DNA of 64,000 nucleotides, from NCBI GenBank assembly GCA_017879645.1, contig JAAEXZ010000001.1, forward strand, positions 3,583 through 67,582, in the 5' to 3' direction. Positions 39,184-48,806 of the stretch are shown here, one piece after another (within the stretch, counting starts at the first letter, position 1; every line of letters starts with the position of its first letter). The notes below the pieces were generated by a model, which did not search any database, had not been told where the DNA came from, and saw only the letters and a program-made list of their open reading frames with translations. The DNA is from Nitrosomonas sp. GTDB taxonomy: Bacteria; Pseudomonadota; Gammaproteobacteria; Burkholderiales; Nitrosomonadaceae. The translations under genes and the position numbers were made by a program.

Positions 39184-40290
39184 TCAGTAAATCACCACGG
39201 AGCGGATCGATTCACCGGATTTCATCAAACGGAAACCCTCGTTGATGTTATCCAGTGTCAGTGTGTGAGTGATCAGGGAATCGATATCGATTTTGCCTTC
39301 CATATACCAGTCGACGATTTTCGGTACGTCGGTGCGGCCGCGCGCGCCGCCGAATGCAGAACCTTCCCATTTACGGCCGGTGACGAGCTGGAATGGCCGC
39401 GTGCTGATTTCCGCACCGGCTTCGGCGACGCCGATGATGATGCTGCGTCCCCAGCCTTTGTGTGTGCATTCCAGTGCCTGGCGCATCACTTTGGTACTGC
39501 CGATGCACTCGAAGCTGTAATCCGCGCCGCCGTCGGTCAGTTGCACCACAGCGTCGATAATGTTCGGCACGTCGTTCGGGTTGATGAAATGGGTCATGCC
39601 GAATTTGCGTGCCATCGCTATACGCTCGGGATTGATGTCGATACCGATGATTTTATCTGCACCGACCATGCGCGCGCCTTGAATCACGTTCAAGCCGATG
39701 CCGCCCAGACCGAACACCGCCACGTTGGCACCGGCTTCCACTTTGGCGGTATAAATCACCGCGCCGATGCCGGTAGTGACGCCACAGCCGATGTAACATA
39801 CTTTATCGAACGGCGCATCCTGGCGAATCTTGGCCAAGGCGATTTCGGGCACTACGGTGTAATTGGAGAACGTGGATGTGCCCATATAATGAAACAGGGG
39901 TTTACCGTCGATGGAAAAGCGTGAAGAACTGTCGGGCATCAGACCCTTACCCTGTGTGGCACGGATGGCCTGGCACAAGTTGGTTTTTTTTGACAAGCAG
40001 AATTTGCACTCGCGGCATTCCGGTGTGTACAGCGGAATGACATGGTCGCCTTTGCGCAGCGATTTGACGTTCGGGCCGACATCGACCACTACGCCCGCGC
40101 CTTCATGGCCAAGAATGGCGGGAAACAAGCCTTCCGGATCAGCGCCGGATAACGTGTAATAATCGGTATGGCAGATGCCGGTAGCCTTGATTTCAACCAA
40201 TACTTCACCGGACCGGGGGCCTTCGAGATCGATTTCTTCGATGGTTAACGGTTCGCCCGCTTTCCAGGCTACGGCAGCTTTTGTTTTCAT
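39184..40290 (-). CDS. adhC: S-(hydroxymethyl)glutathione dehydrogenase / class III alcohol dehydrogenase
   Basis: [25 protein letters not shown]..., Zn ligands in GICHTD and [15 protein letters not shown], Rossmann VFGLGGIGL. 368 aa. Confidence 0.95.
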   Translation of the reverse strand: MKTKAAVAWKAGEPLTIEEIDLEGPRSGEVLVEIKATGICHTDYYTLSGADPEGLFPAILGHEGAGVVVDVGPNVKSLRKGDHVIPLYTPECRECKFCLSKKTNLCQAIRATQGKGLMPDSSSRFSIDGKPLFHYMGTSTFSNYTVVPEIALAKIRQDAPFDKVCYIGCGVTTGIGAVIYTAKVEAGANVAVFGLGGIGLNVIQGARMVGADKIIGIDINPERIAMARKFGMTHFINPNDVPNIIDAVVQLTDGGADYSFECIGSTKVMRQALECTHKGWGRSIIIGVAEAGAEISTRPFQLVTGRKWEGSAFGGARGRTDVPKIVDWYMEGKIDIDSLITHTLTLDNINEGFRLMKSGESIRSVVIY

Positions 40291-40796
40291 AGGTGGTTCC
40301 TGTTCGTAATGATCGTTTCGTGTAAATGCTCGAGCAAACCCTGGCTGGCTTCTTCCACCATATTCAGTACCAGCTCGAAACCTTCGTGACCGCCAAAGTA
40401 AGGATCCGGTACCTCGGTATCGTCGTCATGATTCTTGCTATAAGCCATAAATAACCGGATTTTGTCGTGATGGTGGTGAGGGCTGCGTTGCTGCAGCAAA
40501 CGCAGGTTTTCCCTATCCATGGCCAGAATGTAATCGAATTCATCAAAATCGCTGATTTCGACGGCTCGTGCACGCAGGTCGTCCATTTTGTAGCCACGCC
40601 TGAATGCGGTACGTTGCGAGCGTTCATCGGGAGGATTGCCGATATGATAAGCATGGGTTCCGGCCGAATCGACCTCGATGAGATGATCCACGCCCGCTGC
40701 CTTGACGTAATGACGAAATACCGCATCGGCTGTGGGTGATCGGCAAATATTGCCCATGCAGACAAAGAGTACTTTTGTTTTTCTAGGATTGATCAT
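40287..40796 (-). CDS. Low-molecular-weight protein-tyrosine phosphatase family protein
   Basis: P-loop [15 protein letters not shown] and the DP loop (VPDPYFG). Its stop overlaps the adhC start by 4 nt (ATGA). Confidence 0.85.
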   Translation of the reverse strand: MINPRKTKVLFVCMGNICRSPTADAVFRHYVKAAGVDHLIEVDSAGTHAYHIGNPPDERSQRTAFRRGYKMDDLRARAVEISDFDEFDYILAMDRENLRLLQQRSPHHHHDKIRLFMAYSKNHDDDTEVPDPYFGGHEGFELVLNMVEEASQGLLEHLHETIITNRNHL

Positions 40797-40987
40797 GATT
40801 GCAGTCCAGTCTTATGCATTTTTTCAAAAAACGCATTTTACTACAGCAGATGACTTTAATTTTGCGACCACGAGATTCAGATCGATCCGGATAATCAATC
40901 TGGCTTGCTCAGAACAAATTCGCCGACAATGCTCGTCGAGTGACATTTGAGGTGGCACGCTCACACATCATTTGATGCTGCGCCTTT

Positions 40988-42142
40988 TCATTCGACACAA
41001 GAATGATAAACCCTGGGGCATACGGTACTTAGGCCGCCAGTCGGATCGTCTGCTGGAAGGCTTCTCAGTGTTTGCAGCACATTGGGAAAATATCCGGGTG
41101 CCCGAGTCCAGAAAATGTAGTTGGCTTTCAGATTATCTCGGGCATATGCCAACAGTTCCTCGACTGTAGGTGTCTTGCCGGATTTATCAGGACGGGTATT
41201 GACATAATTTGTTTGCATGACCGAGGGTGTCAGAGGGACTATTCCGGAAAGTTCTGAATAATGATGATAGACCCCCTTGGGAGCATTTGTCCTATTGACA
41301 GTCAATCCAGGATCGTCGGGGAATGTATCTGGGCCACCTAAGCCCGTTCCGATTTCCCGCAAACGGTTGACAAATGATTTCAGCATCGGCCTGGGATAAT
41401 TCGTAAACTGATAGGTCATGGTGTTCGGGAAATGTGTTCTTAATTCCTGGTTAATGAGTAACATGCCGGAATAAAAACTGTTTTCCTGATTCTTGGATAA
41501 TTCAATCATAGGCTTGCCCATGGCGGTTTCAGTCAATCCTATCCCCTCAAAATAGGGGTGCGTATTGAATCGCTTACCCAATTCGGTGATTAGGGCAACG
41601 AGCCGATTTTGTAGTTGTACATTCCAAAGTTTCAGGTTATAGCCCCTGATCTTTTGTGTCCCGTAACTGCTGAATGGAAAAGCGCCTTCCTCGTATTTTT
41701 TGTCTTTCAAATAATCGGGTATGAATCGGGTCGATGCGTCGAAGGACTTGATTTGCAATAATACGATCAATCTTTTCTTGCGCTCGGACAACTCTCTCAA
41801 TCGCTGCTCGATCTGTGAAAAATCATATGCTCCTTCACTGGGTTCCAGGTCTATCCATTCATAGCGGATTTGCACGCCACGTAACGCGGGCGTATTTTCC
41901 AGTTCCCGATAAACTTGAGACAGATATTGCGGATTGTTTTTTCCACCCATCAATGTGTAGTAATGGCCGGGATGCCATTTTACCGCTCCGGCTTCGCTGT
42001 TACGGGATGCGTGCGCTGAAAGGCTCGGTGTGGTGAGGAAAATAACCAGGAATGTAAAAGTCAGAATGGGTTTGAATTGAGCAAACCGCATGAAGTCCCG
42101 GCTATTGAAGCGTGTTTGTAACATACTAAAAATCTTCATCAT
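40988..42142 (-). CDS. Secreted uncharacterised protein, paralogue 2 of 3
   Basis: AAGGAGG RBS and signal peptide ending LSAHA/S. Same conserved blocks as 12889..14043 (VKWHPGHY, RGVQIRYEWIDLEP, LIVLLQIKSF, FEGIGLTETAMG, NYIFWTR, terminal CPRVYHSCVE). Confidence 0.85.
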   Translation of the reverse strand: MMKIFSMLQTRFNSRDFMRFAQFKPILTFTFLVIFLTTPSLSAHASRNSEAGAVKWHPGHYYTLMGGKNNPQYLSQVYRELENTPALRGVQIRYEWIDLEPSEGAYDFSQIEQRLRELSERKKRLIVLLQIKSFDASTRFIPDYLKDKKYEEGAFPFSSYGTQKIRGYNLKLWNVQLQNRLVALITELGKRFNTHPYFEGIGLTETAMGKPMIELSKNQENSFYSGMLLINQELRTHFPNTMTYQFTNYPRPMLKSFVNRLREIGTGLGGPDTFPDDPGLTVNRTNAPKGVYHHYSELSGIVPLTPSVMQTNYVNTRPDKSGKTPTVEELLAYARDNLKANYIFWTRAPGYFPNVLQTLRSLPADDPTGGLSTVCPRVYHSCVE

Positions 42143-42536
42143 TAGGTGTTCCTCCTTGAAGCCAATTGAAGTGCTCTGGATTCAATCAGTGCAGTGGTGT
42201 TGAAATGAACAGTGTCAGGGAATCAATATCAAATCGATGGGATGGGAAGGTGCTGCAAGTAACAAATGGGTCGCAAATTAACTGATCGACAGCATTGCTG
42301 TTCAGGCATCGTGCAATATTCAGACACGATTGTAAAGGAATATCGCATGCTGCAGATTATATTCATTCTGGAATACAATAGCCTAATCAATGAAATACCT
42401 GCTCTTTCTGGCAAGAATCCAGCAGAGCAAGTGTCGGGTTTCAGGCTGACGAGTAATTGAAAACAAGCTGGGTTGAAACGATTTGCATCGTTTTATTTTC
42501 TAATAGAATATCTGAATTCTAACTTAAGGGTGTGAC

Positions 42537-43343
42537 ATGACCCAGTTTCGTAAACCGGCTGTAGCAGGCCTGTTTTATTCCGCGGAAAACAAACAGCTTG
42601 TAAAAGACGTGCAAGTCTTGCTGGCCAGGGCAAAACACCAGACCTGCTTGCCCAAGGCATTGATCGTGCCGCATGCCGGCTATGTTTATTCGGGTAGTGT
42701 AGCGGCAGCCGCTTATGCCACCCTGAATTCGATTGCAGGCCGCATCAGACGTGTGGTGCTACTGGGTCCGGCACATCGTTTTGCATTCAGCGGTGTGGCG
42801 TTGCCTGACGCGGATGCTTTTACCACACCACTGGGAGAAATCAAGTTGGATGTGGGATGGATCCGGAAAAATCAACATCTGTCCGGACTACTTGTTTCCA
42901 GGGCAGCGCATGAATTCGAGCATGCCCTGGAAGTACAGTTGCCATTCTTGCAATGTGTATTGAACGATTTTGTTTTGTTACCTTTGGTCGTTGGTATGAC
43001 GACTGTCGAAACCGTTGCCGAGATTCTTGAAAATGCTTGGGGTGGAGAAGAGACATTGATCGTGGTCAGTTCCGATCTCTCGCATTACCTGCCTTACGAA
43101 GTGGCACAACAGGTGGATCAGCAGACTATTCGGGGCATTTTGCAACTCCAGCTTCTGGCAGACCGTGATCAGGCTTGCGGTAGTATGCCGATCAATGGAT
43201 TGATCATGGCAGCCCGGAAGCATCATCTGACACCACAATTGCTGGATTCGTGCAATTCAGGTGATACGGCTGGCGAACGAACACAAGTGGTCGGGTATGC
43301 TTCGATTGCTTTCACTGATATCAAGGTTAAACATGCTTCCTGA
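42537..43343 (+). CDS. AmmeMemoRadiSam system protein B (Memo-like)
   Basis: N-terminus RKPAVAGLFYS, metal-ligand context VPHAGYVYSG, and SSDLSHY. 268 aa. Confidence 0.85.
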   Translation: MTQFRKPAVAGLFYSAENKQLVKDVQVLLARAKHQTCLPKALIVPHAGYVYSGSVAAAAYATLNSIAGRIRRVVLLGPAHRFAFSGVALPDADAFTTPLGEIKLDVGWIRKNQHLSGLLVSRAAHEFEHALEVQLPFLQCVLNDFVLLPLVVGMTTVETVAEILENAWGGEETLIVVSSDLSHYLPYEVAQQVDQQTIRGILQLQLLADRDQACGSMPINGLIMAARKHHLTPQLLDSCNSGDTAGERTQVVGYASIAFTDIKVKHAS

Positions 43344-43902
43344 GTCCATGACGCAAGGCAATATCGTATTGAGAATTGCCCGTGCGGCGATCGCGCAGGC
43401 ACTCCATGTGCACTTTGAATCCATTGATTCTGAAGCGAATCAACCTTGGTTGTTGCAGCCTGGAGCCTCGTTTGTCACTTTGTTGCAGCATGGTCAACTG
43501 CGAGGCTGTATCGGTTCATTGCAACCTGATTTACCCTTGCTGGAAGATATTCGCAAAAATGCGGTATCGGCCGCACTGCACGATTCCCGTTTTTTACCGT
43601 TGACTCAGCGTGAATTCAGTTCCATCGCAATCGAGGTATCCGTACTTTCTGATCTTGATCGCATCGATTTCAGAGATGAAGCGGATGCGATTGCACAAAT
43701 GCGTCCGGGAATGGACGGTATCGTTTTGGAGTATGAAAACTGTCGTAGCACATTCTTGCCGCAAGTATGGGATAGCATTCCCGATCCCCAGCAATTTCTG
43801 GAAAATCTGAAAATCAAGGCCCAGTTACCCGGAGATTTCTGGGCAGCAGGAATCCGGTTATTTCGTTATACGGTCAACTCGTGGCACGAAACTAAATCTT
43901 AG
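43333..43902 (+). CDS. AmmeMemoRadiSam system protein A (AMMECR1 domain)
   Basis: AMMECR1 core LRGCIGS plus DSRF and EVSVLS blocks. Start set at ATG 43333, overlapping the stop of protein B by 11 nt. Confidence 0.82.
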   Translation: MLPESMTQGNIVLRIARAAIAQALHVHFESIDSEANQPWLLQPGASFVTLLQHGQLRGCIGSLQPDLPLLEDIRKNAVSAALHDSRFLPLTQREFSSIAIEVSVLSDLDRIDFRDEADAIAQMRPGMDGIVLEYENCRSTFLPQVWDSIPDPQQFLENLKIKAQLPGDFWAAGIRLFRYTVNSWHETKS

Positions 43903-43911
43903 GAGGTTGAT

Positions 43912-45003
43912 ATGGATGAGCCGATTACACCTGACCAGCAGTTTCCTGCGCGTTACTGGCATGTTCTGCAAGATGGCAGGATTCAATGTGATCTCTGCCC
44001 CCGGGACTGCAAGTTGCATGACGGGCAGCGAGGAGCCTGTTTTGTGCGTGCGCGTGCCGGTGATTCGATGGTGCTGACCACCTATGGGCGGTCTTCGGGG
44101 TTTTGTATCGATCCTATCGAAAAGAAACCGTTGTATCACTTCTATCCAGGTAGCAGCGTTCTGTCCTTTGGCACGGCAGGCTGCAATCTTGCCTGCAAGT
44201 TTTGTCAAAACTGGGATATATCGAAATCGCGGAGCTTCGATAAACTGATGGATCGGGCAAGTCCCGAGGCAATTGCGCAGTGTGCTGTGCAACATGACTG
44301 TCGAAGTGTTGCCTTTACTTACAACGATCCGGTCATTTTTGCAGAATATGCGATCGATGTTGCCGATGCCTGTCATGCCAGAGGAATTAAGACGGTTGCA
44401 GTAACGGCTGGATACATCAATGCGCAGGCACGAAAGGATTTCTTTGCCGGAATGGATGCAGCCAATGTCGATCTCAAGGGTTTTACGGAAGCGTTTTATC
44501 TGAAACAAACCGGATCACACCTTCAGCCAGTACTCGAGACACTGCAATATTTGAAACACGAAACCGAGGTCTGGCTGGAACTGACCACACTGTTGATACC
44601 AGGCTTGAATGATTCGATCGAAGAATTGGAAAAGATGTGCAGGTGGATACATGATGCGCTGGGAACCGGCGTGCCATTACATTTCACCGCATTTCATCCG
44701 GATTACAAGCTCGATGATATCCCGTCGACACCACTTGAAACCTTGATTCAAGCACGCAAGATTGCACTCGATTGTGGATTGCAGTACGTCTACACCGGAA
44801 ATGTTCATCATCGCGAGGGGGATACAACGCTCTGCCATACCTGTGGCAACATCGCTATTGAGCGTGACTGGTACGAAATCAAACGTTACGAGTTGACGAC
44901 AGAAGGCTGCTGCAAGCATTGCAACGCTTCAATACCAGGCTGCTTCGGGGCATTCTCAGGGCAATTTGGGAGACAGAGAATGCCTGTCAGAATCGGTATT
45001 TAG
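43912..45003 (+). CDS. AmmeMemoRadiSam system radical SAM enzyme
   Basis: CNLACKFCQNW 4Fe-4S/SAM motif. AGGAGG RBS overlaps the stop of protein A. The C-terminal CHTCG...CCKHC four-Cys ribbon is present. 363 aa. Confidence 0.88.
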   Translation: MDEPITPDQQFPARYWHVLQDGRIQCDLCPRDCKLHDGQRGACFVRARAGDSMVLTTYGRSSGFCIDPIEKKPLYHFYPGSSVLSFGTAGCNLACKFCQNWDISKSRSFDKLMDRASPEAIAQCAVQHDCRSVAFTYNDPVIFAEYAIDVADACHARGIKTVAVTAGYINAQARKDFFAGMDAANVDLKGFTEAFYLKQTGSHLQPVLETLQYLKHETEVWLELTTLLIPGLNDSIEELEKMCRWIHDALGTGVPLHFTAFHPDYKLDDIPSTPLETLIQARKIALDCGLQYVYTGNVHHREGDTTLCHTCGNIAIERDWYEIKRYELTTEGCCKHCNASIPGCFGAFSGQFGRQRMPVRIGI

Positions 45004-45050
45004 CTCGCTAGCGTCAGCTGCAATACCCATTTGTGGGCGGGGCGGCGGAT

Positions 45051-45347
45051 CTAGTTGACCGGTTCGAGTAAGCTTTTGACCGTTCCGCTACGTACTCTTT
45101 TTTTACCATTACCGTTTAACGCATTATTGACCTCAATTTCGGCATCAAGCCAATCCTGCATGGCATCGGCGGCGTTGCCGTTAAAACCGCGTTTCTCGGC
45201 GAGATAATAAGCCGCCACTGCAATCATATGCTGGCGATCATACGTCTCGGTGCTATGATTGTCCGACTGACTCCGGATAGCGGCAGTACGTTTGGACGAT
45301 TTGGATTCCTTTATTTTATCGGCGAGTTCGTTTACTTTATTTTCCAT
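45051..45347 (-). CDS. DUF2934-like small protein
   Basis: The IAVAAYYLAEKRGFNGNAADAMQDWLDAEIEV core matches the DUF2934 signature as I recall it. 98 aa. Confidence 0.6.
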   Translation of the reverse strand: MENKVNELADKIKESKSSKRTAAIRSQSDNHSTETYDRQHMIAVAAYYLAEKRGFNGNAADAMQDWLDAEIEVNNALNGNGKKRVRSGTVKSLLEPVN

Positions 45348-45521
45348 TTCAGTACTCCTTTGGCGATACCATGAAAGTTAATGTAACGGGATTGAGAAAT
45401 CAAATACTTGGAATCAAATTGTATCCATTGTAGTGATCCATGTTAGCTGAACCTGTTTCGAATAATGAGTAGGAAAATACTCATTTTTAATTCAGTAAAT
45501 TCCGGTACTTCGAGCTTTTTC

Positions 45522-45848
45522 TCAACAGTGCATTTCCGATGATTCCGAATTGCTTCCCAATGTATGGTGCAACCTGAAAAATTCAGTGTGGATGATCATC
45601 GGGGTACGTTTCGTTAAGGCAGATAAAACCTTTGAGTCTGTCGTGTTGAATACCAGGCTGATTTCAAGCAACCGACGCAGTGAAGGCGAGAGGGAATAGT
45701 GGCTGTCAATGGTGCTGATCAAATGTGCGGCATGCAGTTTAGCGCGCCTCAGTTGACCCGTTTCGTGAAAACCAGACTGACCGCTTACTGGTTTGGATTT
45801 AGAGTAGCTAGAGCTTAACCGATCATCGGAAAAATTCGATTGCATCAT
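45522..45848 (-). CDS. Hypothetical protein (108 aa), no recognisable family
   Basis: Start trimmed to the ATG preceded by CAAGGAGT at 8-nt spacing (plus-strand gactccttg at 45855..45863). No motifs recognised. Confidence 0.4.
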   Translation of the reverse strand: MMQSNFSDDRLSSSYSKSKPVSGQSGFHETGQLRRAKLHAAHLISTIDSHYSLSPSLRRLLEISLVFNTTDSKVLSALTKRTPMIIHTEFFRLHHTLGSNSESSEMHC

Positions 45849-46124
45849 TTGAATGACTCCTTGCAAAAAGCGATAGAGGCAAAATAACAATCTTTTGTGA
45901 CAAGAATATAACAAAAAAAATTTAAATCAAGTCAGAAAACTTTGTAATTTCAGGGTGCAATTTTCAGACAAGACTAAATTTCTTTGTAGGACTAGCATTG
46001 GTGCTGTTCAGCGTTGTCATGATCGCATCTTAGTGGTTTTAAAAAAATGAATTGCGTGATCATGCAGGTAGATTGAAGTACATCTGGCAAATCTTTTTAA
46101 TTGTGTTGTGGAATTAACATATTG

Positions 46125-46355
46125 TTATTGGTATAAATTCTTATGAAAAATTTTTCCATCACACATGATGCCAGCGACAGGCAACGCCAATCCGTACAAA
46201 CTGATTTGACCTGTCATGGCAGCATCATGACGTACTAGGTGATCGGTGAACAGTGACATCAATACGATAACCATTGCCACACTGGGGTCCGTCCTGGAGA
46301 ATAGAGTCAATCTATTATTCAGCACTCTGGAATATTTGCTCCAGCCTGCCAGATA
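46125..46355 (-). pseudogene. Relic of a Lon (S16) protease proteolytic domain
   Basis: The translation ...RTDPSVAMVIVLMSLFTDHLVRHDAAMTGQISLYGLALPVAGI... aligns by eye with Lon PKDGPSAGIAM...[26 protein letters not shown]. Only about 76 codons lie between stops, there is no ATPase part, and the Lys-dyad region is degenerate. Confidence 0.5.
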
Positions 46356-46400
46356 TCATGAGCCGCCACGCATCAAATTTTTCACTTTCCAGAATGGATG

Positions 46401-46850
46401 CTAGGGGCGGTGCCTTTCTTCTTTTCTCTGTTCGTATCTGACCAGTTTGGCCAGATCAAGCAATTCCTGAGACAGTATTCCCAGCGCATCATCTAGCGTC
46501 AGTATGCCAATCAGCTCCCCGGAATTGTCAACGACTGGTAAGCGCCGTACCGTTTTGCGTCGCATGAATTCTATCGCTTCATGCGTCGGCATGTTTTCGT
46601 TAACCGTAAATATTTCCGATGCCATGATGTCACCTACCGTGATAACGGTTTCGTCTAGCTCCGTTGCTAGAATCTCAACGACCAGATCGCGATCCGTGAC
46701 AATGCCAACAGGAACTTGGTGATTGTGCTGCTTTTCCACCACGATGACAGCACCGACGTGATACTGCCGCATCAGTTTGGCAGCACCTAAAACCGTTTCT
46801 TCACGCTGAATGACGATTACTTGACGATTGCATAGGCTTCCGACTGTCAT
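46401..46850 (-). CDS. CBS-pair domain protein
   Basis: Two CBS repeats (HVGAVIVVEKQ...PVGIVTDRDLV and RRLPVVDNSGELIGILTLDDAL). Start set at MTVGSLC (46850). Confidence 0.75.
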   Translation of the reverse strand: MTVGSLCNRQVIVIQREETVLGAAKLMRQYHVGAVIVVEKQHNHQVPVGIVTDRDLVVEILATELDETVITVGDIMASEIFTVNENMPTHEAIEFMRRKTVRRLPVVDNSGELIGILTLDDALGILSQELLDLAKLVRYEQRKEERHRP

Positions 46851-47221
46851 TTTCTTTCTCCTTTCTAGTTTTTGTGGCAATTCAACCGTGCAGCTTTTGT
46901 ATAGTCGCATCTGCGAATACGCTTTCATGGATTCACCATGGTTTTCATACTGTACTCCTAAGTCGATTTGATTAACATCAGTGTCAGCAAGTTTTGCCTG
47001 CTGTTGTTTTTTTGTTTAGGGGATATTGCGTGGAAGTACGGGATTTATTGACTCGTCCAGCCGCATTACGTATATTTTGTTTCAATCCACACCCAATTCA
47101 CTGTTCTAACCCATTTTTGCAGTAATAAATTCAACCTGGATTTCCTGAGTACCATTTCGATCAGGTTTCTTGCGTTTGCCATTTTTTGTATGTTTTTTGT
47201 TTGTATTCATAAAATTTGCCG

Positions 47222-48376
47222 ATGAATCGTTTCCAAACAAGCTCAGTGTCTCAGTATCGTTATCTGATCATCGTGATGATCTCGCTGTTACTGTTATCCG
47301 GCTGCCAGTCATTCTCGTTCAGATCGGCCGATTCATCGGTCAAAAATAACCGGACTCTGCCCATACCGCTGGCAAAGCACGAATTTACGATCAATGGACC
47401 GCATGACGAAGTCGTTGGAGCACTGCAAGTCATCACCGCCAACTCGGAAGACACGCTTTCTGATATCGCTCGTCGCTTCAATTTGGGATATGAGGAAATT
47501 GTCGCCGCCAATCCCAATGTCGATCCCTGGTTACCCGGTGAGGGCACGCAGATTGTCATTCCTACGCAGTTTGTGCTGCCCGATGCGCCACGCCAGGGAA
47601 TCGTCATCAATCTTGCGGCCATGCGCCTGTTTTACTATCCCCAAACCAAGAACGGCGAACCGCAGCGTGTGATTACCCATCCAGTCGGAATAGGGCGCGT
47701 GGAATGGAAGACTCCGGAAGGTGCGACGAAAGTGGCTGCAAAAAAGGAAAATCCATCCTGGATACCGACACCCGCCATTCGCAAGGAACATGCAGCCAAT
47801 GGTGATCCCTTACCGGCTGTTGTGCCTCCGGGACCAGACAATCCGATGGGAACCCATGTATTGAAGCTGGCCTGGCCGAGCTATGCTATTCATGGTACCG
47901 ACAAACCGCCCAGCATTGGTTTGCGTGGCAGTCACGGTTGTCTGCGCATGTATCCTGAAGACATTATTGGTATTTATCATGGTGTGCCTGTCGGGACACC
48001 GGTTCGAGTGGTCAATCAGCCATGGTTACTGGGCTGGCGTAATCGCCATCTGTATCTGCAGGCCTATCCCACTCTCGAAGACGATAAGCGTAATCACCAG
48101 AAGCTGGTGAAAACAGCCATCAATACCGCACTTGCAAGTCCGAAAGCCAAGCTGAATGCCAAATCGAAGGGTAATCTCAATACAGTGCTGATAAGCGAAG
48201 CCACCAAAATTCCGCGCGCGATTGCCATGCCCATTACGCAATCTGAACTCAGTCTGTTGTCATACCTGGATCGGGCTACCCGTGTGCAAAACGTCTTGCC
48301 TTTCAACGCCACCTGGGATGGAGACATGAAAGGACAATTAACGGCTGTGGAAGTCATGGATATGGCTAACAGGTAA
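47222..48376 (+). CDS. L,D-transpeptidase lipoprotein (LysM + YkuD domains)
   Basis: Lipobox LLLLSGC, LysM (TLSDIARRFNLGYEEIVAANP), and the YkuD catalytic motif HGTDKP...GSHGCLRM. Confidence 0.85.
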   Translation: MNRFQTSSVSQYRYLIIVMISLLLLSGCQSFSFRSADSSVKNNRTLPIPLAKHEFTINGPHDEVVGALQVITANSEDTLSDIARRFNLGYEEIVAANPNVDPWLPGEGTQIVIPTQFVLPDAPRQGIVINLAAMRLFYYPQTKNGEPQRVITHPVGIGRVEWKTPEGATKVAAKKENPSWIPTPAIRKEHAANGDPLPAVVPPGPDNPMGTHVLKLAWPSYAIHGTDKPPSIGLRGSHGCLRMYPEDIIGIYHGVPVGTPVRVVNQPWLLGWRNRHLYLQAYPTLEDDKRNHQKLVKTAINTALASPKAKLNAKSKGNLNTVLISEATKIPRAIAMPITQSELSLLSYLDRATRVQNVLPFNATWDGDMKGQLTAVEVMDMANR

Positions 48377-48806
48377 TTCGTTCGATCATTCTGATAAGAA
48401 TTATGTATGCCCTGAACCCATGCCGAATACTGGGCTAAGACTATCGGATCCGAGTCTTCCTACTGCTTACCTGATGCTCAAATCAGGATTCCCAAAAGAC
48501 CTTTTAACCTAAAACTCAAGCAATAATCCAACTCAATCTTTTTGGGAATTGGAATCTTTTAGGTAATCAGCCAGATTGTTCCTATGGTAAACCCGTCACA
48601 TTTAACTGACCGGGTTCGGTGATTGTATTTTTGAATCGCAATAAATGCTAAATTCCGGAAATTTTTGACACGGGTGGCGGATTTGTTTACTGGATGGACT
48701 AAAAATTTTCTCAAAATGTTCTATTTTGAGCCGTAAATCATTTTGTTCATCGTGTGTTTTTTTATCGAGATTGTTCGATGATGCAAATCCTGCCGAGTAG
48801 ATTGTT

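Noticed and set aside
39172-39924. 250-aa ORF on the plus strand inside the adhC region
   Set aside because: It lies entirely antisense to a very well supported class III alcohol dehydrogenase gene. Its translation is compositionally odd (rich in D, A, G, H, R), has no recognisable motif and lacks an RBS. It is a typical shadow ORF of a GC-richer gene.
43858-44508. 216-aa minus-strand ORF overlapping the AmmeMemoRadiSam radical SAM gene
   Set aside because: It is antisense to a gene with a clear CxxxCxxC radical SAM signature and a coupled RBS. It has no motif, and its start lies inside the partner gene.
48488-48549. Inverted repeat attcccaaaag ... ctttttgggaat upstream of the pseudopilin gene
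   Set aside because: The arms are short, AT-rich and differ by one extra T, with a loop of about 38 nt. That is too weak to call a structured element or operator.
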